A DNA stretch of 64,000 bases from Candidatus Poribacteria bacterium (lineage in GTDB: Bacteria > Poribacteria > WGA-4E > WGA-3G). Location: contig CBDANF010000003.1 in NCBI GenBank assembly GCA_965197475.1, forward strand, positions 4,032,001-4,096,000, given 5' to 3'. The notes under the pieces were generated by a model. It searched no databases and was not told the DNA's origin. It saw only the letters and a program-made list of their open reading frames with translations. Numbering within the stretch: the stretch's first letter is position 1; every line of letters begins with the position of its first letter. Positions 1 to 11,400 of the stretch are shown one piece after another. The position numbers were made by a program, and so were the translations under genes.

Positions 1-701
1 CGCAGCCGATCTTCAGTCAAATTTGGCAGTGCCTTGTGGATGGTCAAAGCAGGAAATATCAATGTATCGCCAATTTCATAGTTCGTGGAATGCCATTCAT
101 CCGACAACTCGTCCGCATTTACACACAGACCACCAGCTCCAAGCGAGAAATGATGTTCCATTACTTTATCGACTTTATGCGAACCGGGAAGCACCGCTAA
201 ACCTCCCAATTCTATCGGGCAATTGCCAACGGGTGCCCAACAAGTATAGGTTTGGAAATTTCCTTGAAAGTGGACAAAATCTTGGTGTATCGGTGTGGTA
301 TGGGCGGTATACTTTGGGTACCAGAGGCGTGCAATCTTTTGCGGATGCGGCAGCACTGCGCTGCCGATGATTTTTTCCACCATATCTACAACTTCATCCC
401 AATGTCCAGAACGGTGGAACGCTTCTAACTTATAGACTTCATGGTATACATCGGTGTACTCCGCATCTCCTTCGGTACACTGTGTGGAAATATCTGCGAT
501 GCCATCCATCGGATCGGTACCTGCTATGAGCCAACTGCCTTCTTGCATGGTCGTTAGCATCTCTCGCCGCAATGCCCAGAGTTTGTCAGGGTCTTGCAGT
601 TTCTTGAAGAAAAGATACCCCGCTTCCGACATCCTGGCACGTAACTCCTCAGAATCGTTCATCGCATCGTTCGATACGCGAAGTTCTTTTAATTCCTCCA
701 T
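1..701 (-). CDS. Phytanoyl-CoA dioxygenase (PhyH) family protein, 3' end cut by the window edge
   Basis: Absent from the ORF track because no stop lies in the window. AAGGAGA RBS, then ATG at 701. Translates MEELKELRVSNDAMNDSEELRARMSEAGYLF...TPIHQDF...LAVLPGSH...GDTLIFPALTIHKALPN, with the HxD...H Fe(II)/2OG triad. Confidence 0.85.
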   Translation of the reverse strand, partial: MEELKELRVSNDAMNDSEELRARMSEAGYLFFKKLQDPDKLWALRREMLTTMQEGSWLIAGTDPMDGIADISTQCTEGDAEYTDVYHEVYKLEAFHRSGHWDEVVDMVEKIIGSAVLPHPQKIARLWYPKYTAHTTPIHQDFVHFQGNFQTYTCWAPVGNCPIELGGLAVLPGSHKVDKVMEHHFSLGAGGLCVNADELSDEWHSTNYEIGDTLIFPALTIHKALPNLTEDRL

Positions 702-754
702 GTCGGCTTCTCCTTGGGTTTACCCAACATAAGGTCTGTAACTGATCATATTTT

Positions 755-1303
755 TTATTTCTCATCTGAGAATTCAGGGAAGATGAATTTCTTTAGAAAA
801 GAAGTCCTTGCATAAAAAGCTCTTGAGGTGCTTCCATGTCCAGCACCTTTTGTTCTCGGTTGAATGTATACACCCATTTTGCCAGTAAGAGCAGAAAACC
901 CTTGCGTGCAGATAGTTTCTCTAACTAAGTCATAATCTTCTTTTACTTGACTGTAGACTTCTGGATCATCTAAATCGAAAGTTGTTACACGGTGTAAAAT
1001 TGATCTTTCTTCTTTTTGACTTTCCCAAATTCTTGCAGCTACTATCATTCGTCTTAATTTGATTAACAAATGACTATTTTCAAAATCAGTTCGTTCAACA
1101 TTATATGGATCAATCATTGTTACAGCCATTGTCTCTTTAACCGTCAACTTGCCGCTTTTCAGGTATTTCAAGGGAATTGTTTTTAGTTCCCAAGATCCGA
1201 AGTTAGGTGATTGTGATGAATTGATTGGCAGACCTAAATGTCTCTCAAGTACCTGTCCTGCCCAACCTTTATTAATCTTTTTGCCCTTACATACTGAAGT
1301 CAT
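755..1303 (-). CDS. MutH/Sau3AI-like PD-(D/E)xK endonuclease, possibly 5'-truncated by the adjacent IS
   Basis: NKGWAGQVLERHLG...SPNFGSWELKTIP...KETMAVT and YIQPRTKG...RAFYARTSF match MutH/Sau3AI motifs. No clear RBS; the start abuts the IS upstream region. Confidence 0.7.
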   Translation of the reverse strand: MTSVCKGKKINKGWAGQVLERHLGLPINSSQSPNFGSWELKTIPLKYLKSGKLTVKETMAVTMIDPYNVERTDFENSHLLIKLRRMIVAARIWESQKEERSILHRVTTFDLDDPEVYSQVKEDYDLVRETICTQGFSALTGKMGVYIQPRTKGAGHGSTSRAFYARTSFLKKFIFPEFSDEK

Positions 1304-1393
1304 ATTGAGTAAAACATAAGGATGTGGTAGAATAGGGAAAGAAAAGGATATAGTTTATGTCCCTTTTTTTCACTGGACATCCACATTTACTTT

Positions 1394-2277
1394 ATGAAAG
1401 GTTTTATTATGGCAGACGAAACTCAAAAGGTTCCGAGATACAAAGGTATTCCCAAGCAGGTTTCCCGCAAGGATTTTAATCGTTATATCTTGCCCCATCT
1501 AAAGAAACGAGTGAAAGGGCCAAAGCCCAAACTCTCCTTCTATAAGATATTCAACTATATCCTCTATGTTTTGCATACTGGCATTCAATGGGAGCGGCTC
1601 CGCACACGGCATCCTGAACTCCATTGGTCTAATGTCTATAAATGGCATAATAGATGGTCAAAAGACGGCTCTTATCAGAAACTTTTTGAAGCGTCTATCA
1701 TACATCTGCTTGATACCGATCAACTTGACACCTCTCAACTTCATGGTGATGGGTCAAATACCGTCGTAAAAAAAGGGGCAATGGCATCGGCTATTCGGGA
1801 CACAAACATCAGAAAGGTGAAAAAGAGTTGACCATCACCGACAATCAAGGGTTCATCGTCAGTCCGATAACCACCAAACCGGTCAATCACCATGGGACAA
1901 CGATTTTGCCCGAAGCATTCGCAGATTTTATCACCTTTACCCATCGCATTGGGATGGATCTCAGCGCATCTGCGCTAACGCTGGATTCCGGTTTTGATTC
2001 CAAAGAGGATCATAAGATTATCAAAGAACAAGGGATTATCCCAGTGATCTATCCGAACCGACGGAATGCCAAAGAACCTATTGTCATCGCTCGCAAGTTC
2101 CGGTGGTTTAGCAAAGATATGGACAAAAACCGATATAAAGTAGAGCGAACTTTCGGTTGGCAAGGGACTTATCGGAAACTCGCTCTTAGCTACGATAAAC
2201 TTAAAGAAACCCGTTTAGGTTTTCGTTATTTAGCATATTCAATGATAAACTTTCGGGGGACTTTCAACGATGCTTAG
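1394..2277 (+). mobile_element. IS5-family transposase in two ORFs (1394-1831 and 1828-2277) joined by a probable -1 frameshift
   Basis: ORF A has ILYVLHTGIQWERL...WSNVYKWHNRWSKDG...DGS. ORF B has LDSGFD...RYKVERTFGW...YRKL. A7G4 run at 1768-1778; the -1 frame reads KKRGNGIGYSGHKHQKGEK into ORF B. Termini not confidently located. Confidence 0.85.
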
Positions 2278-2489
2278 CTCGTACTCGCTATGAGTTCGAC
2301 TCTAATTTCAGAGGCAAAGGTTGCATAAAGTTACGCGATTTATGCAAAATTTAACAGAAAATAGAGGAAAAACTGGGTTGATCTGAATTAGGTGTAATTT
2401 GTGTTTGGGTAAAGTGACTTTTGTTGTGAGATTATAGCATGCTTTAAGTATTATTTGCAGTGTCTGAATTGAACAAACGCGAAAAATAA

Positions 2490-2518
2490 TTGACAAATTA
2501 TAGACATGATGATACCAT
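2490..2518 (+). promoter_or_regulatory. Sigma70-type promoter for the dgoD operon
   Basis: TTGACA, 17 bp, TACCAT with an extended -10 TG; about 56 bp upstream of the ATG at 2575. Confidence 0.6.
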
Positions 2519-2574
2519 AAAATAAAAATAGAGGCACGCTTGTAGTGTCGTAACATGTTCAAGGTGAACCCTCC

Positions 2575-3678
2575 ATGAAAATAACGAAATTAGAAACTTT
2601 TCTTGTACAGCCACGTTGGCTCTTTCTAAAAATACACACCGATGAAGGATTAGTTGGTCTCGGAGAACCGATTTTAGAAGGACGCGCGAAAACGTGTGCA
2701 CAAGCCGTTGACGAGCTTGCACCTTACCTTATTGGCGAAGATCCAAGACGTGTAGTCCATCATTGGCAGGCGATGTATCGTCATGCATTTTACCGTGGGG
2801 GTCCCATTCTTACGAGTGCACTGAGCGGCGTTGAACAGGCACTCTGGGATTTAGCAGGGAAATCACTCGGTGTTCCCGTTTACCAACTTTTTGGTGGACC
2901 AACCCGAGATCGTATTAGGTTGTATAAAGGTGGAGGTGACCCACAAGGGATTCAAGAGTGGATAGACAAAGGATTTACCGCATTTAAAACTGGTGTTGCT
3001 GGTGGTAGACCCGCACGGATCATCGAAAACAAGGCATTCATAGACAGAGCCGTCAATCACTTTGCAGCATTGCGTGAAGCTGCAGGGACAGAGGTTGATT
3101 TGGCAATTGACTTTCACGGTGCTGTGAGTCCACAGACAGCGAAGGTGTTGATTAAGGCGTTGGAACCGTATCAACCGATGTTTGTTGAAGAGCCGATTCA
3201 GTGTCAAAATGTAGATACACTCGCAGAGATCGCGCGTAGCACACATTTACCGATTGCAACAGGTGAACGGGTTTTCACCAAATGGGGATTCCGTGAGATC
3301 TTGGAGAAACAGGCAGCATCTATTCTGCAACCGGATTTATGTCATGCGGGTGGCATCAACGAAGTGCGCATCATCGCTGGCATGGCAGAAGCTTATTACG
3401 GTGGTATCGCACCGCACAACCCGCTCGGTCCTATTTCGTTAGCTGCGTGTATTCAGCTGGATGCTTCTATTCCTAATTTTGTGATGCAAGAACATACAAC
3501 CCTCGGTGAAGGGTATCTCAAAAATCCGTTTGTATTCAAAGACGGATTCGTTGAACTACCTACAGGTCCAGGATTAGGGATTGAACTTGATGAAGACGCT
3601 CTTGAAGATAAAATTGACCACGATTGGCGAAATCCTGAATCTTACCATCCAGATGATGGTTCTGTGGTGGATTGGTAA
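2575..3678 (+). CDS. dgoD: Galactonate dehydratase (mandelate racemase/enolase superfamily)
   Basis: MKITKLETFLVQPRWLFLKIHTDEGLVGLGEP, FYRGGPILTSALSG, DFHG, FVEEP, IATGER, APHNPLGP. Confidence 0.85.
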   Translation: MKITKLETFLVQPRWLFLKIHTDEGLVGLGEPILEGRAKTCAQAVDELAPYLIGEDPRRVVHHWQAMYRHAFYRGGPILTSALSGVEQALWDLAGKSLGVPVYQLFGGPTRDRIRLYKGGGDPQGIQEWIDKGFTAFKTGVAGGRPARIIENKAFIDRAVNHFAALREAAGTEVDLAIDFHGAVSPQTAKVLIKALEPYQPMFVEEPIQCQNVDTLAEIARSTHLPIATGERVFTKWGFREILEKQAASILQPDLCHAGGINEVRIIAGMAEAYYGGIAPHNPLGPISLAACIQLDASIPNFVMQEHTTLGEGYLKNPFVFKDGFVELPTGPGLGIELDEDALEDKIDHDWRNPESYHPDDGSVVDW

Positions 3679-3704
3679 GGTAGTAGGTGTACTCCAACTA
3701 CATT

Positions 3705-3725
3705 GGACTTACAAAGTCCTCCTAC
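3705..3725 (-). repeat. GTAG-type REP palindrome
   Basis: Minus strand reads GTAG-GA-GGACTT-TGT-AAGTCC; intergenic. Confidence 0.6.
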
Positions 3726-3746
3726 AATTTTGAAACAGACTAAAAT

Positions 3747-4547
3747 ATGAAATTTATAATGTTCACAAAACATCTGGAAGGTTTAGAAATTCCAGACATT
3801 ATCACTGCATTACAAGCAGTGGGAGTTAAAGGTGCCGACCTTTGTGTTCGTCCCGGTTATCCAGTAAATCCCGAAAATGCAGAAAAGGAATTACCCGCAG
3901 CCGCGAAACAGTTTGCGGAAGCGGGTTTGTCTATTCCGCTTGTGACTACCCCTGGAGATTTTTTAGACCCCTCTGAAGAAGAGACAGTCCGCGTTTTTGC
4001 TGCTGCGGGTGAAGCGGGTGTTGAAAATATCAAATTAGGATATTGGCATTGGCACGCAGGGGATGGCGGTTACTGGGCACAGGTTGATTTTATCCGTAGC
4101 CAGCTTGACAGATTTGCCAAACTCTCTGATAAATATGGACCCCGCACGTGCATTCATAACCATTCGGGAACTTCTATGGGGCTTAACTCGTGTGCAGTGA
4201 TGAACCTTGTGAAGGAGTTTGACCCACAACATATTGGCGTTTTTGCTGACACGGGACACCTGTCAATTGTTGGTGAACCGATTAACATGGCACTTGATAT
4301 TGTCAGCTCACACCTCGCTGTGATTGCCTTCAAAGACCTCGCGCGTTCACCCGGAATGCGAGGCGGTAAGGTCGTCCGTATCGGAAAAGGCTTTGTTGAT
4401 TGGGAAACAGCACTTGACACGTTGAAAACAATGGAATTTTCAGGACCCGTTAGCTTTCATAGTGAATACAGTGGCGAACCCGTGGACAGTGTGATTGATC
4501 TTGCTCGTGTAGATGTGCGATTCATTCGCGCTTTGATGGACAAATAA
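3747..4547 (+). CDS. Sugar phosphate isomerase/epimerase (xylose isomerase-like TIM barrel)
   Basis: HNHSG, DTGHL, FKD and SFHSEY metal-site-type motifs; sugar catabolism context. Confidence 0.75.
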   Translation: MKFIMFTKHLEGLEIPDIITALQAVGVKGADLCVRPGYPVNPENAEKELPAAAKQFAEAGLSIPLVTTPGDFLDPSEEETVRVFAAAGEAGVENIKLGYWHWHAGDGGYWAQVDFIRSQLDRFAKLSDKYGPRTCIHNHSGTSMGLNSCAVMNLVKEFDPQHIGVFADTGHLSIVGEPINMALDIVSSHLAVIAFKDLARSPGMRGGKVVRIGKGFVDWETALDTLKTMEFSGPVSFHSEYSGEPVDSVIDLARVDVRFIRALMDK

Positions 4548-4556
4548 GGAGATAGA

Positions 4557-5369
4557 ATGGGACAATTTCAGTTAGGGTTAAATACAAGTACGATTCGTCC
4601 TGCCGATTTGATGGATAAAATTCGGATTGCAGGAGAAACTGGGTATACAGCAATTGAGTTGTGGAATAACGATCTGTCTGATTATGAGGAACAAGGTGGT
4701 TCGCTCGCTGATGTAAAAAAAGCACTTGATGATCAAGGGCTTACCGTGCCTACCGTCATAGCGTTGCACGGATGGCTCAATGCAACTGGTGCGGAACTTC
4801 AGAAAGCGATGGAAGACGCTAAAAAACGGATGGCGCAAGCCGCCGCTGTCGGTGCAACCTATATCATCTCAAGTCCACCGCGTGAAGTAGCAGACTTGCA
4901 GTTAGGCGGTGAGAATTACCGTAAACTACTTGAACTCGGACGAGAATTTGGTGTTAAACCTGCGATGGAATTCCTCGGTTTTGTTGATGGCGTTAATCAG
5001 GTGAAACATGCGTGGGAAGTGATAGAAGTCGCTGACCATCCAAATAGCACAATTGTGCTTGACCCGTTCCATATCTATCGTGGTGGCGGAGAAATAGAGG
5101 ATATGGAAGGCATTCCTGGTGATAAAATCGCAGTGTTCCACTTCAACGACGCGCCTGCCGAACCTGAACGTGCAGAACAATCTGATGCTGATAGGGTTTA
5201 TCCGGGTGATGGTATTCTCGATCTAAAGCGGATGATCTCTATTTTGAAAGATGCAGACTATTCGGGTGTTATCTCGTTAGAACTGTTCAATCCGAGTTAT
5301 TGGGAGGAAGACCCTGCAGAGGTTGCTCGGATTGGGTTGGAAAAGATGAAATCTGTTCTAAACAACTAA
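4557..5369 (+). CDS. Sugar phosphate isomerase/epimerase (IolI-like TIM barrel)
   Basis: AMEFLG, LDPFH, FHFNDAP, DRVYPGDG, SLELFN; AGGAG RBS. Confidence 0.8.
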   Translation: MGQFQLGLNTSTIRPADLMDKIRIAGETGYTAIELWNNDLSDYEEQGGSLADVKKALDDQGLTVPTVIALHGWLNATGAELQKAMEDAKKRMAQAAAVGATYIISSPPREVADLQLGGENYRKLLELGREFGVKPAMEFLGFVDGVNQVKHAWEVIEVADHPNSTIVLDPFHIYRGGGEIEDMEGIPGDKIAVFHFNDAPAEPERAEQSDADRVYPGDGILDLKRMISILKDADYSGVISLELFNPSYWEEDPAEVARIGLEKMKSVLNN

Positions 5370-5387
5370 AAAATAAGGAGGCAGCAA

Positions 5388-7135
5388 TTGCAAGACGGAC
5401 AAAAAACAATTAAAACTTTGTTTGATAGTAGCACAATTTTCAACATTCCCAAATATCAACGGGCTTATGCCTGGGAAAAAGAACAACTTGATGCCTTTGT
5501 TGAGGATCTAGAAAATCAAGATACCAACAAAGATCATTTCTTCGGAACTATTCTGCTTCAGAAACAGGAACCAGAGGGCGAATTTAACATTATAGACATT
5601 GTTGACGGTCAACAGCGTATTACAACGATCATAATCTTTATGAAACTGCTTTTAGCACAACAGGAAGAATGTAACAATGTCAAACTGTTAAAACGTATTT
5701 ACATCCAAGATTTTGATATATATAAACTTCGAGTTTTGGACATTGATAACGACTTTTTTGAATCTTGTATTTTGGAAGATAACGGGTCTGGTGACAATGA
5801 CGCGGAAACACCCTCGCAATTCCGATTGCTTAAAGCGAAAGAGCTCCTCAATGACTGGATAGAAGCACACCCAGATAAAGTCGAGGATTTCATAGAAAAG
5901 ATTGGGGGAATGAAAGTCTTAACTTATTCAGTAGAAGATGATTCTGCTGCCGCATTAATGTTTGAGACAACCAATAACCGGGGAAAATCGCTGACTAGTT
6001 TAGAGAAAGTCAAAAGTTTCTTGATGCACAAAACCTACCTTACATCGGAAAACCCAGAGAATCGCTTGGAAAATCTTCAAAATCGGTTTAGCAAAATTTA
6101 CCGAGATTATGAGGAAATTGAAGATTCTGGAAAAATTAGAGGTGAATTCGGCAAGACTGCTGAAGATTTAATTTTGCAGTACCACTCCATCGCTTTTGAA
6201 AAATGGAAGGACAAAGAATACCAAGACTCTGTTCGGATGGTTAATCAACAGTTAAATGACCTGATTAATGAGGATAGGAAGACAGTTGCAGCGAATTTCA
6301 TCAGTAGGTATAGTAAGGTACTAAGACAGAGTTTTAAATTTATGAAAAAATTGCTTCTGAATCGCGACTCTTATCTCCTTGACATACCCTCAATCGCCCA
6401 GCGGCGTTTTATCCCTTGCTCATCAAAAGCTATAAACTAGACGATTCGGATAAAATGCAGTATTTCAAACGTGTTACACAATTAGTAGAAATTATTGGAT
6501 TCCGTTTCGGTATTACTAAATCTCGGTCTGATAAAGGAGTTAGTCAACTGTACCGGTTATCAAGGGATTTTAATGGGGATTTCGATCAACTCATCATAGG
6601 CCTTCAAGATTTTGTAAAATCGTATTGCAACGATTCTGAATTTGAGCGATCTCTACGCCAACCCAGATTTTACGAGGTTGTTGATACTGGCGATTTGCGG
6701 TATTTATTCTGGAAGTACGAGAACCATCTCAGATTGACAGAACGCCCACTTTTTCCTGAAATGTCCCATGAGACGTTTATGAATACGCACACGCGGACAA
6801 AATTTACAATTGATCATATCATCCCACAAAACCCTAGAGACAGTAAGAAAGTTGTTGTAGATGACTCAATCTTGTCTATTGCCGATTTCGAGGAGAATTA
6901 TCTCCACAGTATCGGAAATTTGGTGCTAGACTCGCGTTCAGCAAATGCTAGTAAATCGAATCAGGATTTTGATGACAAAGATGATCAGTATAGTAAAGCC
7001 CCGCTCAAAACACAGCTTGAATTGAGAAAGTATTGGAATCCGAAAGCAGATCGATGGAATCATGTTTCCATTAACCAAAGAGCAGACAAGATTGTAGAAT
7101 TTGCTTTGAAACGTTGGAACCCCCAGAATGTCTAA
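5388..7135 (+). pseudogene. GmrSD-like DUF262 plus DUF1524/HNH modification-dependent restriction endonuclease, frameshifted near 6385-6389
   Basis: IPKYQRAYAW, DIVDGQQRITT and FETTNNRGKSL (DUF262) in ORF 5388-6440. TIDHIIPQ...SIGNLV...NASKSN (HNH) in ORF 6416-7135. One added base gives a continuous ...LLDI(P)LNRPAAFYPLLIK. Confidence 0.8.
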
Positions 7136-7294
7136 ACTATGAAAATACTCTTCTCTTATCGTAGGATTGTATTATGATTCGGAAAGTATTTAGAAAATTG
7201 GATATTCTTGTGTTATAATTGATTTGAAAACAGCAGTTTATAACTTTTAATTCGCTTGAAAATAGCGTAAAGGACTTGTATAGGAATTAAATTA

Positions 7295-8443
7295 ATGAAC
7301 TATGTTGATGGAATATTGGCATCGTTGACGCGTGTGAAAGATGCGCGGTCTGGACGCGCCTCCTCGTGGGATACCACAGGGCGAAATAACGATGCATGGG
7401 ATATTGCTCCCGGTGAAACTCGCGTCCTTGCCGATATTAGAGGTCCGGGATGTATCAATCATATCTGGATGACACAACCGAACGGTTATCGGAATGTTCT
7501 AATTCAGATGTTTTGGGACGATGAGGAACATCCGAGTGTTTTGTGTCCGTTAGGCGATTTTTTTGGTCTTGGAAACGAAATCGTTAACTCTTACGATTCA
7601 ATTCCCTTGTCAGCATCTACGCATAGCAACAACAAATTTAATACGGGGTGTGCGTTGAACTGCTACTTACAAATGCCGTTTAACCGTGCTGCCCGAATTG
7701 AACTTGTCAACGAAGGTGAGACACCGCACCGTCAATACTTTTATGTTGATTATGAACTATATCCCACAGAACACGGTGAGGATGTTGCCTATTTTCATGC
7801 GCAATTTCATCGCGAAAATCCTTGTGATGGGTGGGGACATGAAATCAAAGTTAACACAGCGGAAGCGAATATCATAAATGCCGAACGTCTTGCATGGGAC
7901 AACAACTATCTTATTTTATCCGCAGAAGGTAGAGGACACTACATTGGGTGTAACCTTTCTGTCAGCAACTTCCAAGGCACGTGGTGGGGCGAAGGCGATG
8001 ATATGATTTGGATAGATGGTTATAAGTGGCCTCCCGATTTGCACGGCACTGGGTCAGAGGATTATCTCAATCAGGCGTGGGGCATGCAACAGAACGCGTT
8101 CGCACATAACGGTTCGTCTATTCACGAAAACAATACCAATGGTTACCAGACATCCTATGTGTTCCACTTAGAGAACCCTATCCGTTTTGAGAAGGAGATT
8201 CGGGTGACAATTGAACACGGACACGGCAACCATCTTAGCAATGAGATGTCCTCTGTTGCATATTGGTATCAGATAGAGCCGCATAAACCGTTTGATGTGT
8301 TACCTGTTGGACAACGTAAACCTGTGCTGAAAGATGAAGATGGCACTTGGATCATTGACGAGGCGAACCAAACGCCATCATCTGACCTCGTTATCAACGA
8401 TGAAATGAAACAGAAAAAACAGCAGTGGCAAGAGAAGCAATAA
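7295..8443 (+). CDS. DUF2961 / glycoside hydrolase family 172 protein
   Basis: GPGCINHIWMT, PLGDFFG, WWGEGDDM, GTGSEDY, IEHGHGN. Confidence 0.85.
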   Translation: MNYVDGILASLTRVKDARSGRASSWDTTGRNNDAWDIAPGETRVLADIRGPGCINHIWMTQPNGYRNVLIQMFWDDEEHPSVLCPLGDFFGLGNEIVNSYDSIPLSASTHSNNKFNTGCALNCYLQMPFNRAARIELVNEGETPHRQYFYVDYELYPTEHGEDVAYFHAQFHRENPCDGWGHEIKVNTAEANIINAERLAWDNNYLILSAEGRGHYIGCNLSVSNFQGTWWGEGDDMIWIDGYKWPPDLHGTGSEDYLNQAWGMQQNAFAHNGSSIHENNTNGYQTSYVFHLENPIRFEKEIRVTIEHGHGNHLSNEMSSVAYWYQIEPHKPFDVLPVGQRKPVLKDEDGTWIIDEANQTPSSDLVINDEMKQKKQQWQEKQ

Positions 8444-8483
8444 ATACCATTTTCTGTCCTAAATAGACCAGAGGAGATATAAA

Positions 8484-11400
8484 ATGCTGACGTTTTTCCA
8501 ACATTTTCTTATCGGAAAAATGGAAGAAGAAACACATAATGACGAAGAGGTAGTTGATCAAGAACAACCGGAGTCTGAACATCAACATGAGACTCCTAAT
8601 CCTGATTCTCCAGAACCTGTTGAAGAAATGGCAGGGGAAGAAACCTCTGATGACGCACAGCCGGAATCTGATTCGGATGCTTCATCAGAAGAGGCAGAAA
8701 CACCTCACTCCGAAGAAACACCTGAACCTCAAGAAACATCTGAAGTTGAAGGGACACCAGAAGTTGAGATGATGCCTGAAACTGAAGATATGTCTGAGGC
8801 AGATCATACATCCGAGTCTGAAGATACACCAGCGGAAGATATGCAATCTGAAGTTGAAGTAATGTCTGAGACCGAACAAGCATCAGAGGAAGATAAAAAA
8901 CCTGAAACTGAAGAAGCACCAGGGGAAGAAGCGGCACCTGAAGTTGATGAAACACCCGCTCCAACCGAACCGCAAATCCCCTATTCTCTCGGAGAGAATG
9001 AGGAATTGTTTGATTTCGTTGCGATGTTTGAGGAAAGCCAGCACTCTGGTGCCGAACACATATCAGCAAGCATGGCAGATTCAGCAGGAGGTGTTACCAA
9101 ACCTGCACTCTTTGAACACCCATCATCGACCGGTTCTGCACGAATTGTCTATGAATTAGACCTGCCTTCAGTTGAGGATAACGAGAACCTCTGTCTATAT
9201 TTCAGTATCGGTCTAAGAGATGGTGTCGTGTTTGATGATCCGCAAAGACAACCCGGCGGTGTTAAATTTTCTATTGAAATTTCTAGTGAACAATGTTTTG
9301 AATCTGTTTCAACAGAATGCAATTGGACCCAAAACGGCATAGATTTGACTCGTTCCGCTGGTGAAAAAGTTGAACTTGTTTTTATCACGCAATGTAATGT
9401 TGAGGGTAATAGCAGCTTTGCATGGGCACTATGGGGACAACCAAAACTTCTCAAACTCACTCGGACAGAAGCTGCCTCAACGAAAAAGGGTGCTAAGGAT
9501 CCACAAGCACTGCCTTCAGAAATACAATGTGGACTTGCGATTGCGAAATTGCCTGAGGATCGCACAGCTCTATTTGAATTCAATCGTGACGGTTTTACAC
9601 CTGCACATGAAATTGCTGCTGAAATTTATAACCAATTAGATATTGAACCAATTGATTTAGTGCTTTACGCTGCACAACCGAAATTAGAAATCGTGAGTGT
9701 GGGACCAACAGCAGCGGTCGTTGGCACAGGAGAAGCGTTTGAAGTCCAATGCACTATCAAAAACGTTGGTGCGGGACCTCTCGGAAAGGATAGTAAAACG
9801 CGACTTAGCATCAGCGATCTTAAGTTGCGACGCGGTCGATCCGCACATAATGTGAAGACAATTGCCCCCGGTGACACATCAACTTTTGTATGGTATGCAC
9901 GTGGAGTTCCACATCAAACTGACCTCAATTTTTCTGTTTCGCTTAAGTCTCACACTCCCAAAGTAGGTGAACGGATGAAGGGAGTTGTTCACATCTGCCC
10001 GGCATTGCCGAAGCTCGAAACGCAGGTCGTTCCGGAACTCCATACCTACATGCACGGTGAACATGTGGTACTTGGAAATAAAAATCTCCGTATCGTTTTT
10101 GTTCATAGCAGTGAACAATCCAAGTCAAACAATCGAAAATCTAATAAGGGTATATCCTCACAAATAAAAACAGAGGTTGGTTTCGAATATTACGCGATTT
10201 TCGTGGCGAAAGGCAGTAGCTATCAGCAGGTAGCGACCTCCAAAATGATTGCTGAGGCAACCTATCTTTCTGATGATGTCATCCACAACCTAAATTTTGT
10301 TCCAAACGATGTCCAATTAGCAGGTAATAGCCTTGGTGAATCCATTGTCCACCTAACAAGTGAACACAAAGATTCGGATGAGGTTACCTGGACGCTTCAG
10401 TTACAGTTGATCCTCACGGAAGATGCAAAACGCATCAAAACGACATATCGATTAACGACTGATAGGGAACGTGAACTTCTCGCTTTCCGAGGTACAGAAA
10501 TTTACGCTGGACATAAGAGCAGCCGCGAAAAGAAAACTGCAGCTCTATTTCCCGGTCTCGAATTCCTTGAAGGTGGTGAACCCTCTTCAAATACCCGTGA
10601 CGCGGCACCACCGCTTAACAATCGATTGGTCCCGCATCCCTATAAGATCACTGTTCCTGTGATGGTAGTTGAGATTCAGAAATCGGTTGTCGGGATCGCT
10701 TGGAATCCATTGCAAAGTTGGGATGGTGAAGCACAAAATGTTTCTGCTGTATTTGCTTCACCCAATTGGCATCATCAAGAGAGAAATCATCTAATGGGTC
10801 TCTTTCTTCCGACTGTGCTGGAATGGGTGCAGGAGAATACACTTGTTGCTGAAACTGCTTATCAGTTAACGCCGGAACGTCCAGTCACAATGGACTGTGA
10901 GATTATTGCTGATGGAAACGCCTCTATCTTAGATGGAATTGCACATTGGACAGACGCGTACGGCACTCCTGAACGACTTGAACCTCCTCGCAATGATGAA
11001 GAGGAGATTATGCTATCGCGGCACGGATTCATGCACACGGTTTGGGATGAAGAGACAAGACAATCCAGACACTGCGTTGATTGGGCTTCCCATAACGAAC
11101 CCGGATTTGCTACCTTACTTTGGTACGATTATTTAGTGACGAAATCTGAAGATGTTAAGGGGCGGGTTAAGGAAATAGCAGAAAAAACAATTGCTGACGT
11201 TGGTGCTAGCGGTTTGGCTGCTCGTGGATCGTGCCATATTCTAAGCGGAGAGTTTCCGTTCTATTTCGGACACTTAGATGCTGCGTTGGGATACTATGAA
11301 GCTGAGGTGCAGCCCATAATTGAGTCTCAAGCCGAAGATGGTAGTTGGGGTTTTAATCCGACATCTGAGAAAACACAAAACCTTGGGAAAGCGGGTGATG

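Noticed and set aside
23-732. Plus-strand ORFs 23-370 and 454-732, and most other short track ORFs
   Set aside because: They are shadows of well-supported genes on the other strand or frame and carry no motifs.
1286-2277. Terminal inverted repeats for the first IS5
   Set aside because: CATACTGAAGT versus the reverse complement CATCGTTGAAAGT is too weak a match to call the ends.
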